Positions 52,489 through 64,000 of a stretch of DNA of 64,000 bases are shown here, one piece after another (the stretch's first letter is position 1; each line of letters begins with the position of its first letter). The notes below the pieces were generated by a model. It did no database searches and was not told the origin of the DNA. It saw only the letters and a program-made list of their open reading frames with translations. The position numbers and the translations under genes are program-made. This DNA is from the human T2T-CHM13v2.0 reference genome, Homo sapiens. The stretch lies in the NCBI RefSeq assembly GCF_009914755.1, contig NC_060926.1; one strand, given 5' to 3'.

Positions 52489-55400
52489 AGACAAAAGAGT
52501 TTTCTGTTGACAGAAGATGCCATCTAGGACTTTTATAGCTAGAGAGAAGAAGTCAATGCCTGGATTCAAAGCTTCAAAGAATAGGCTGATTCTCTTGTTA
52601 GGGGATAATGCAGTTGGTGATTTTAAGTTAAAGCCAATGCTCATTTACTGTTCCAAAAATCTTAGGGCCATTAAGAATTATGCTAACTCTACTCTGCCTG
52701 TGCTCTATAAATGGGAAAACAAAACCTGGATGACAGCACATCTGTTTATAGCATGGTTTACTGAATATTTTAAACCTACTATTGAGAATTACTACTCAGA
52801 GAAAAGGATTCTTTTCAAAATATTGCTGCCCATTGACAAGGCACCTGGTCATTACAAGATGAAATGATAGGATATTAGTTATTTGCCTCAAAATAGTCCT
52901 GTGGGTGGGAGTATAGATGAAGTAAGATTATTCATAAGATGATAATTATTAAGGATTGGGGACTAGTATAAAAGGGTTTATTATATTTTTCTATCTTCTA
53001 CTTATTTTCATTTTAAAAAAAGTTTAAAAATTTGAATGGACACATTATCTGCCCTGAGAAAGCTAAACCTTATACTATGATATAACAATCTAGGAATGCT
53101 CAGAATTTGGGACAAGCCAGGTATTAACCTCGTGCAATCTTATTATATCCTGAGTGGGAAGACAGAAATATCACTCTGGATGATGATGGGAAAGCAAAGT
53201 ATTTCCCTTCTATTGGAAAGTTTAGATCTGGGTCTAGGAGGCCAATTTAGGTATAAGCATGCTTTTAACATTGAAAGGGACTGGCATAATAATTGTATTA
53301 AATTAATGTGTGCCAAGCATTTTAAACAGTTCCTAGAATGTTCTAAGTGCTATGTAAATGTTTGCTGTTGTTATTTCATGTTAATGATTTCCCCATGATC
53401 AGCCATCCTGAAATAAGCACTAGTGCTGGGAAGACCTCCTCCTACCTTTGTGAGGTGGTATTATTGAGACTATACAAACCAGGAATTCAGACCTTGGACT
53501 TTTGAAGGACAGAAAGCTGACTAGTCCCTGAGAGTGCCTTGTTTTCCCCTCCATTTTTTTTGTGTTTCTAGAGAAGAGAGACAGTTTTAGGACTGGCTTT
53601 CTCAGCAAATGCAGCAATAATAGAAGCTGCCAGCAGCGCTGGAGGCAGAAAGGTGGCGGCTGCAAAATGCTGGCAGCAAGGAGGGCAGCAGAGTGCACGG
53701 CAGGGACCCAGCGAGACAGCGGTGCAGATGGAGGCAAGGAGCTCAGTGCCAGCAGGGCACCACAGGGACACAGGGGAGTAGGAATGACGACTTGCCAGAT
53801 AGGAGGGAGTTGATGTGGGGTTGGGGTCACAGACACCAAAGAGTTTACCAACTAGTGGGGGAATACGTTGATTCATCATTGATTGGAGGTTTTGGAGGAT
53901 GGTGTTTCATTCACTGCCTTCTTGGTGGTGCTTGTGTGGCTGCTTGAGTGAGAGTGTGTATGTACCATGAGCATGCAGATGTGTATGTGTTTGTATGGAT
54001 ATCTGGTTGTGCGGCACCAGTGATAACAAGAGGACTCAATCCCCTGGTAAAAAGGAGCCTAACTGCATATTTAGATTAAATATTTGAGTAAGCAAACATT
54101 GCTGAATAATCAACCTGATGAATATTTTTCCCTCTACAGTGAAGTTGCATTTCATACACATTTAGTTTATGAGAATTCACTAAGAGTACTTGGCTTAGTA
54201 AACAAGAAAGCCAACAAAACCCAATAAAAATAAGACAGAAGTGGGAAAGAAAGACAAAAATATTCATTTTAATAGTGCACCCACCATGACACCAACAACT
54301 GGCGCCCCCTGGGTTGTCTCAGCTCTGACATGGTTCTTAGAGGGCAGCATCTTGCTGCTCTGTGGGACTCTAGCCCTTGAAAACACATCTATCTTTTTGT
54401 TTTTAAAATAATGTAAAGCAACTGCCTTACCCAGAACTCAGTGAAGAATACCCACTTCTAACTCTCACTCTATAAAAATAAAATTTTGAAAATTAGATTT
54501 TTCATGTCTCTGTTATAGTAAGTGGAATCATTTGTAAGTGATTTATTGTATAGGGCTGCATACATAAAACTGTGCATCCTAAGTTAATTTAAAGAAATTT
54601 AAAAAAAATTTAGGCAATGCATGGTTTCATTTTATATGCTGACTTTAGACCCTATCCCTGCAAAAAACATGAGTCCTCTCTATGATTTATATTATACACA
54701 TTGAATCAAAATAAATGCCTCATTTGAATGTGGTGAAACAGTGTGGCACAGAGGGTGTGTCGAAATTCGGTGTTTATTATTTTGTTTCATACAAAACAAA
54801 AGTAAGTCCTTAAGAACAGGGTTGGGAGAGCACTGAAAAGTGAAGATGAAGCTTAAATGCAGCATCTGGGGAAGGAAGGGCCAAAGGATGTGGGAAAATT
54901 ACTCTTGGTAGTGTCCCAAAGGGAATAGGCAGTAATGGGTAGGGGTAGAAATGTGATAGAGCTGTCAGAGAACATGAACTTGGCTATGTAAGTTCCGAAG
55001 CATAGGTCTGGTTTTACCTGCTCTTACGTGACAAATTGTTTATCACATTTGAGCCGTCTGTGCAGACCCCCACCCCTATGTTTTAGCCATGCTGTGAAAT
55101 GGCATGAAGCACCCATTGGTCCAAAGCAACCTGGTGGCCACTGCTCAGTAGGAGTGAAAGTGCTCTTGGTGCTGCCTGTTACCTTCCCTGTTCTTTTTCT
55201 GGATCCTTCTTTGGGATTATCAACATATCTAGGGTTTCAGGCTTGTCTGTGTTTATTGTCGATTGGAGGCAGAAGAGCTTCCTGGGAAGAGAAGTCAAGC
55301 TAGGCCCATTGCTGGGGTTCAGAAGCATCTGCCCTTGCAGGGCCCACTGGTGAGATTGCCCAATAGGTGTAATTTGAGTGGGAGAGGAAGGTGGTGGGAA

Positions 55401-58209
55401 AGGGTGAGAATATCCTAGGAAAAAACGATCTGGACATGTGGAACTTGACCAGAACAAAGCCTTCCTTGACAGGGCAAGAGGAGGCGTTGAGTACAATGCA
55501 GTGACTGTTCCCAGAGTCCATCCTTATCCCTGCTTGCTGGCTGGGTCCTGGGGAAGGAGAGAGCTTTGGGGATAAAGGGAAAGGGCTGACTCAGTAACCT
55601 ATGTAACATAGTAGAGCGCAAGGTTGCTCTGAGATGCCTGTCGCACAGGTTCAAACACCTGCAACCAAAGGAGACATTATTCATCCACTTGCCCTGCTAG
55701 ATTCAGCTAAGGGTTCGGGAGGTTGCCAACTTATATGTTTGCTGCTGGACCTGTGAGAGCATCAGGGCTGCTCCTGAGCTTGGAGCAGGCAGGGGTGCGC
55801 ATGCAGAGAAGTGGGGGCCCCCTGGATTGTGAAGGGGTCCTGGAACTCTTGGGTTGGGTGAGTATTTTGCAGGGAGCTGGAGTGCCTGAAGGAGCCCTCC
55901 ATGGTGAGTTAAAGTCAGTATTAACTTTTTGGTTTTACATTTTTCTGGGGCTTGAAATTATCTCCTTACACATCCATGGAATTAAATGACTTCATAAAAA
56001 GTAGTCTCAAATGTGTTCATGCAAAATAGATTTATTATGCTTTAAAACTCTAACTTGTCTTATCTGTGGGTGATTTAAGCCTCTTTTGTGGTATAAGCGT
56101 GGGTTTCTTGGCTTTCTTGTAGCATTTTCTTTAGATTTTGGAATGTTATTAATGAAACTAATGTTTTAAAACAAGAAAAAATTCTTTGGAAGATTCTCCA
56201 ACATTTTCAAGAGCAGTTTCAGAGAAGAAAATTAGTTTTCTAAGTTCATTTTATGTGATTTCCACACAGACCTCCTAAAGCAAAATCAATATGCAGTAAA
56301 ATCCTGGGCACTGGAGCTGTTACTGTCAGTTTCTCACTAATAAGTGTACTAGACCTAATCCCCTGTCCTATTCATGCACCTTTGCCTACATTTGTGTCCA
56401 GGTATACTTTGAGAAAACCAAATGTAAAAATGTCTTGCTACATGATAATTTCCACCTTGTACCCACATTATTTCTTGCACTTTCTTTTTCCTGCTCCAGT
56501 AGAAGTTTTGCAAATTTGTGTGAGATACATTTTTTTAACCTTTTCATGATGAAAGGAGAGAAAGTTAATTTATAAGAATTGGCTGCTTTTCTGATTATGG
56601 AGGAGGGAGAGAAACATAAGTCAGCAAGCAGGGATCTATTCTTCATTGTTTACTTCTTACCTCCATCTTCCCTGTTTCAAGTTGGGGACAGGGCTAATCC
56701 CAATTTCAGAGGAGGCTGACCTGACAGCTGGGCTGCTTAGAGGTCTGGTCCTTCCTTGCACCAAGGGGGCTTGGGCAAAATTCTGAAACCTGCCATGCAA
56801 ACACTGCTGGTTAATCCTGGCAGGTCATGTCTACTGGCTTCTCTTTTTCCTTTCTTCCACAATCACACACAGAGCCTTGACTTCAAGCTTCCAGGAATTA
56901 ATAAAGGCAGAGACAAACATTACACTTCCGAGATTCTAATTAATTTTGATATGGATTTATGTGTAAAGTTGGATGAGTCACTGATTTTAATAAACAGGAA
57001 AGAAAATCTTAAAGATTAATGTAATAGCTGAGAACACAGGCACCAGAACTTTGATGCTTGCTTAATTTTTTTCTCCCAGCCCATGTCATTTGGAGAAAAA
57101 ATATCAAAGACAGTTACGAAGGGAGAAAGGAAAGGGGATTATGCAAATTAGAAGTGAACAGGACTAAATCATTACTCTTGTGCAAATGAGCTTCTCCTTC
57201 ATGCGCTTTTCAGGAGTGTTTTAGGGCTATATTTGCTGAGGATACATTCCTGAAGGTAATGAGAAATGGAAGCATGATGGAAAGAGCCTGATTATAAACT
57301 AATTGATCTTTCTAAGTATTACTAAAGGTTAAAAGGGAAAAAAAAAAGAAAAAAATCTGAAGTCCAGTAAGAACTTCACCTTGTTTACATTAATATCCAT
57401 CTTTTTGAAAAAGTGGCAATAATGAATTAGTGACATACACACTTTGAGCTTCCCTTTCCCCACACCCAGCCTAGGCAGTGTCAGAAGTATAGAGCAGTAT
57501 GGCTATTTTTCCAGCTGACCTTCCTAGTGGTCTAAGCTCCTTATTAGCTTCAGGGCTGCTGCTGTCCTGCTTCATCTGTCTTTTGCCCTGAGTTGGGGAC
57601 TACGGCAGAGTGTAGGTTTCCAACTGTTAATCGAAACTTGTCATGTTAGGTGCAGTGGTTAAAATCATCAGCTTTCTGGTCTCTCAAGCCAATCACGTTC
57701 CCATTTGATGGAATATTCCAGTGTTGAGCATCACCAAGATTAACTACTTTAGCCTAAAGCTCCCTTTGGCCTGATAGAAGACAGTAATACATATACAGAT
57801 TCATTTTGAGTGATTGTACAGATTAAGTATTCAATTTTTTCCTAAATAATAAGCTAACATTGTGTTAGATTTGAAACAATGCACAAGGCCGTATTGTGTT
57901 TGATTAACCTTGACTGTGGGTGCTTTTGTAGCTTAGGCAGCTGGTTTGAACAAACTTGCAAATTCACAGCCTTACAAAGAAAGTCATTAATTTTTTATCA
58001 TTTTATAAAGTAGGAACTTTGTATGTATTTACTGATAATGAGGGGACATATGTAGGTTGACATAATTTATTGATACTTTATTTCACATTTGAGTTTTGTG
58101 ACCAAATACTTATAAATAACATCCTGGGATGTACATATTTTCTCACCTATAGTATTTTTTCTTAGAATAAAATCAATGAGAGTGTATTGCCACTGAGACT
58201 TCTGAAAAA

Positions 58210-58440
58210 AGCAACTAATAGTCGTTAAGACCTTGGAGGCTGAATTTTGGCTTTGCCTCTTATTAGCTGTGCAACCTTGAGTAAATCACTTACCCTCTCT
58301 AAGCTCAATTTCTTGAGCTTAAAAACGGAGACAATATCACTTGCATGTTAGGGTTGTTCTGTATTAATTGAAATAACCTATGCAAATTGCTTAGGCCAGT
58401 GTTGGCCACATAATGAAGCACTTAATTAGCATAGCTATTA
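58210..58440 (+). mobile_element. MIR
   Basis: tagctgtgcaaccttgagtaaatcacttaccctctct core. Confidence 0.7.
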
Positions 58441-58614
58441 TTATTATTTCTAGAAATAGGATTGCTGGCTTAAGTGTATGTAAAAATATTGATGCATATT
58501 GCCAAAGTTTATTTTAAATTTTGAATATAAAGTTGTGGGTCTCATTAATGAACATATTATAGTAAGAGGTAATAGGCATGTCCACAAATGCAAGAAGCTG
58601 CTCCTACTATTCAC

Positions 58615-59130
58615 TTGTTTGTTTTCTCTGTTCTGTCTTCTTCTTATAACAGCACCTTGGTTTTCCTTTGGAGAAACACCTTGCTCCCATTCTCAGTCCA
58701 TGTAGTTCAATGGGGTTGATCCCATCCTCTGGCTTCAGAAGGGAGCAAAAGTATATGAGGTGGTCCTGGGTAATAAAAATATCATACCCGACTCCGCTCC
58801 TGGACACAGTGATTGGCTCAGTAATAGGCATGTGACTTGAGCTGGGCCAATGAGAACCCACTGTAGGATGTTTACTGACTGATTAGGAAACTGTCCTCAT
58901 CCTTTTACATCCTTAGCATCCTTAGGAGATGCTAATCTTGTTGACCATCTTTGCTCCCATACAGAAAAATTCTTCTGGGGAATAAAGCATAGAGAAATGA
59001 AGAGCTAAGATACAGAGGAGCTTCCCAAGACCATGTTTGAACATTTGTAAACAGCCATGCCTGGACTTCTGAGTTAAACGAGTCAGTATATTTCCTTTAT
59101 TGCTCAAATCACTTTTTGTGTTGGGTCCTT
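58615..59130 (+). mobile_element. MLT1 LTR (old)
   Basis: gtgattggctcagtaataggcatgtgacttgagctgggccaatgaga. Confidence 0.6.
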
Positions 59131-59446
59131 TTTGAAAGGTGGCCAGATCTGCCCAATCATATTATGCTCCTCAAGGACACACCCTGTGTGAGGAATAAGC
59201 AGGGTTTCTACCAAGTCAACTGTCAGAGTGATTTACCTTCCATGATATTTCTGAATGATGGTAGACTCAAGTTAATGTGAGTTATGTGATGCCTGTCTGT
59301 CATTGGATGAAGATCTACACTGGACAGTTTCAGGTTTCTTTCTAAACCATGACTGAAGCCATAGATTACCTGATAACCAACCATGGTTCTATAAATGTCT
59401 GTACGTGTCTATAAAAGTCAATGCAGAAAATTAAAAAAGAAGTCTG

Positions 59447-59794
<348 letters not shown>

Positions 59795-61251
59795 CTATTG
59801 GTACTAATTTCAAAGACTTCTTTCCTGTAGGTTTGCATTGCAAAACATAAACATTGCTTATATTTGATTTTTTCATTTGTCCATAGTGATTATATAAAGG
59901 CTGATACAGAGCACCCATGTGGAGGGGTCACAGAAGGTAAAGCCAAAACATAACATGAAGACCAAATATGGCAGGGCTTTGAGCACCAGTACAAGGCATT
60001 TGCATGTGATTCTTTGCAAAATGGAGAGTTGTTAAAAGTTTTGAATAAGGACGCTTCTAGAGGATTAATAGGGCAATAATATGCAGATGAGCATAAAAGG
60101 GAAGAGACAGATGCCTGTTATTGGGCCATTGCAATATTTCAGAATGAGATAAAGAAGTAGGGCAATGGGAGTGAAAAGAAAATGATGGATGGGAGAGACA
60201 TGGAGAAGGAGGAATAAATAAGAAGACTTGGCCTCCACAAGAATATGGGGCACCAACGGAGAGAGAAAAGTGAAAGATGAGCATACAGTGATGTTTTAAA
60301 AAGTGAGTTTGGGAAACTGCTTTTGTTCAGTGGAGGAGCTTGCGGAGAAGATAATGAGTTTAGTTTTATACGTATTTGAGCCCTTTTCTGTTTGGCTGTC
60401 AGCTCTCCTAGAAGCTGAATGTGGTATGTAGAGTGGGATGTAACCATGAGGTTACCCTGGAACTCAGAAACTGCTATAGCTATAAAGAGAAGTATGAAAA
60501 GTAACTTAAAGAACAACGACCTTTATCCATAGCCTGGGATTGTCTTAACATATGTAAAGAAAAAATGGCTTCTTTAGGAATTGTTTGGTAGTGAAATAAA
60601 GAAAATGGTGAGTCATGGAGACAAAATTTGGCAGTTCAACAAGAGCACCATTTAGTGGCATGCTGCTTAGGTCTGGTGTGATTGCCAGATGTGGCCCAGT
60701 GTGTTGATGGATGGATGCACCAGTCTATTTTAACCTTATGCCACTTCATCATTTGTTCTAATTTTATCCTAACCAAATCTACCTTCTAATTATACTTTGG
60801 TTCCTCATCTAGTTTCTAGGGCAGAAGAAAAATTCCTTGTGAGTAGCAGATCCCTTTACATTGTTTGTTATTAAATTGTCACTTCTGAGTTTCCACAGTG
60901 TTGAGTCATCACCCTCACCATTTATCCAACCCTGGGGTGCAGGCAAGACTGAATTTCCCTCTTTATAAGACTGTAGTCCAGTCTCTGCCTGGGGGTGACC
61001 TACCAGGTCAAGGGCTCCCTGCTAAGCCCGCATGGTAGATAGGTGACTGACCTTCCTCCTGATATGTTCTGGCTTTTCCATGACCACTTCTGCTCTCTAA
61101 CGCCAAACATACCAGGCAACCACGCATTCAACAACAAGGCCTCTAATTTGCTAGGAGGGTTGTCACAGACTGCAAGGATTAACAGCTAGAACATTTTTCC
61201 ACTTGGGGAACTTGAAGGCACCACACAAATCCTATTTACTTCATTCACTCA

Positions 61252-61253
<2 letters not shown>

Positions 61254-61288
<35 letters not shown>
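61254..61288. repeat. (TG)n microsatellite
   Basis: Direct inspection. Confidence 0.92.
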
Positions 61289-61293
<5 letters not shown>

Positions 61294-61869
61294 CATAAAG
61301 TTATTCTTAATCGCTATAGGAAAAAAAAGAGAAACCAAACAAACAAACAAAAACTGTTAATGTCCCTATGCAGAGGCAATATGCACTTTGCCTGCATAGT
61401 TTGCACTTTTGCCTATTTCTTCCTAGGCAATTTCATTTCTACTTTAAATTTATATGAAATTTTAAAAGCTTTATTATCTGGTTCTCAATACCACTGTAGA
61501 TTAGAAGTAGCAATTTAGAGAAAGAGAAGAAAAAGAAAAGTCATAAAAAGTAGATATAATTTTTTAAAGTGAAGAGTGCTCTGGGGTCACACACAGCTCA
61601 GTAATCCTGAGGTCAGTCACTGCATTGTGACTGATGTAATAATACATTTATATCTTGATGACCTCAAATTGTCATTAAATGGTTAAATTAATTTTGGTAT
61701 ATATCTTTTAAAAGTCAGAAATACAAAAAAATACACTTTTCAACTATATTGTTCAAACTGGTTAAAAAACATAAGAAGTGAACCCTTAGCTGTCTAGAAA
61801 ACCTAGCTACAGAGAATTATTCCTTTTCACTGGGTTACAAATAAACAAGATCCTATAGTTAAAACTACT

Positions 61870-62400
61870 GGTTTCTTCCCAGTATCCATTCCACCATTCT
61901 TCTGCTATTTAGAAGCCATGCTCTTGGTGGGACTGACCACACCTCTGGCTCCAGACATAGGCTGTACTTGGCCTAAGCTACTCATGATAATCACATCTGC
62001 CTGCCAGAGTAACTAGTCCAGGAATGAGCCTGTAGCCATGCCGTACACCAACAGCTCATAGCATTTCTCTGATCACAGGGATCATACATCTGCAAATTGG
62101 GGTAGACACTGGCCCCAATTTATCAGTCAGAATAAAACCCTTAGCTTCTGTTCGGTGGCTGTGGAAGAGAGGCTCTCTTCCATCATCTGAGATGCACATT
62201 TGAGTCCTGGAACTACAGCAACAATTATCTTACCATGAAAAAGCCTGCCTGAGAATTAAAGCAACCCATGGAAGACCGCAGAGCTGAGGGAGATAGAAAA
62301 GAAGCCAGAATCCTGAAATCTACTCTATATCTGGGCTTGAGTCAATAATTGTCATCTGTGTTTAGGCTGTTTTGACTTGCAAGAAAGCACAAATGTTGTA
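61870..62400 (+). mobile_element. MLT1 LTR (old)
   Basis: cctggaactacagcaacaattatcttaccatga...tttgacttgcaagaaag. Confidence 0.5.
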
Positions 62401-63899
62401 CTGTGCTTTGATGGAGGTGATGGTAGGCCATCAGCAAGTACATGTCCGGCACTTGTGTTACGGACATGCATCTAAAGTTCAGGACACCAACTGAGGATGG
62501 GCTTGAGTAACATGGAGGGAGATGGTAGCATGCCACACAGGAGCTGCTCAATATGTAAATATTAATTGAGTGTGTTTTGAGTAATCAGAATGGGTTGGGA
62601 CTTGCTGGGGGAAAAGATAAGATGGAGACTAGAGATCTGAAGACTGAAAAGTCACTTAGGATCGAGAGAAGTGGGAACTAGTGAAGGAGGCTCTGGAGTA
62701 GATAGGAAGTGAGCTCTAATATTGCCACATTGTTGTGCCTAATGAGAGAAGAGAACTGGTGAACTACAATGTCAAATCCTTTAGAGACACCAAGAGAATC
62801 AATAGACAAGCTTGGTAATTTGGAGGCTATTGCTGACTGGGTGGAATGCATAAAAACCAACAGTAAGTGACTTTGAATGTTGTTAGGTTTATGATAAATA
62901 TGGTATAAACAAAGTTTCCCAGAGACACTGGCCCAACAAAATATAGTCACAATGACAGACACAAAATGGATTTTTTTTTTCTGGTCCTGCTTCTATTTGC
63001 TCTGTAGATAAATCCAGAGGATTAAAAATTCTTCACACCTTTCTGGGGGACTCCAGAGTTTTTTTGTATTCATGACAAACCACTGATTCCAAGTGGTATC
63101 TGCCGTTTTCCTCCTCTCCTCAGCTGGCTCTCTGTGGGGACAGGTGATGCTTACAAAGGTACACAGTAAAGCAGAGAGGTGACTCCTGGGAGGCTAGCCA
63201 GTCAACAGCTGTAGCCAGTCAATGTCCGTAGCTTATGGCATTCATCCTGGAAGTATGACACCACCATCAGGATGTAGCTAGTCCCCAGCTCTGGAGCTCA
63301 GAAGTCTCCTTTCATCAGCATACCAAGACAGGGCTATCCCTTTGGTGGGGCCTGGATTAACCTAGCTCTCAGAGACTTGTCTCCTATGGATCCATTTGTT
63401 AAATTTTAGAGAGCAATACAACCGTCAAGAGATGAGAATGCCTGGACTGGCAGAGGTTTGGTAAGCAAGGAATCCAAACATTAGGACTGATTTGATTCAA
63501 GAAGTGTCTCCTTGCTAAAACAGATTGAGGTACTCTAGGGATGGTGTTGCCTAGAAATTCAAAATGTTAGTGCTTAAGCAAAATTTTTTTTTCTGTAGGC
63601 AACAGTTGCATAATTATTTGCCAACATTTTCTTCCTCTGGGACCCTGTTTTTTTCCCCTGCTTCTGTGGCTGATCATCTTCTATTCATGTGTTTTTTCTT
63701 CCAAATTCAGGTCTGATATGCTTGATTAGGATTCTGCTTACGACCAAATGCCCATTCTGCCTCCTTGAGATTTCTCTCAGTAACCTTGACTGGAATTTTA
63801 AGTGTTCACAAACATTCCCTTTATACATTTTTAAAGGCCATGTTTGGTGTGTATTCCCATAGTTGAAAAGGTATATCCAGTGATGTGGATATTTTCTAG

Positions 63900-64000
63900 T
63901 TCAATCATTCATTCTATAAACATTCCTACTATGTGTCAGGTACTGTGTTAGATGCTGGATAATAATTTAAGATAGACACAATCCTGTTCTTCTCAGCTTC
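63900..64000 (-). mobile_element. L2 3' end
   Basis: tcattcattc...cctactatgtgtcaggtactgtgttagatgctgg. Confidence 0.7.

Larger units (their letters stand above)
51500..52850 (+). mobile_element. Tigger1 transposase fragment interrupted by MST and MER8
   Basis: ORF 52517-52867 [29 protein letters not shown]...KLKPMLIY matches the Tigger1/pogo transposase. Confidence 0.9.

Noticed and set aside
52517-52867. Domesticated TIGD-like transposase gene
   Set aside because: Short fragment of a Tigger1 fossil interrupted by two insertions.

Overview
Primate (human-like) genomic DNA, rich in interspersed repeats, with one protein-coding gene. NABP1 (hSSB2/OBFC2A, an OB-fold ssDNA-binding protein of the SOSS complex) lies on the + strand behind a CpG-island promoter at about 28.5-30.1 kb. 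Six coding exons (29496-29586, 29871-30009, 32827-32898, 34610-34685, 35111-35177, 36480-36649) join through GT-AG introns into a 615-nt, 204-aa ORF. The rest is Alu, MIR, L1, L2, MaLR/MER21 LTRs and DNA transposon fossils, often nested. The most interesting signals are: (i) a cluster of stop-introducing cassette exons in NABP1 intron 3, one of which makes its stop only at the splice junction; (ii) several alternative splice sites in the 5' leader; (iii) a pair of CTCF-like motifs downstream of the gene; and (iv) a ~740-bp purine/pyrimidine-alternating repeat next to an Alu tail. I found no prokaryote-type system and no clearly new gene. Repeat families were called from memory of their consensus sequences, and boundaries of old repeats are approximate.
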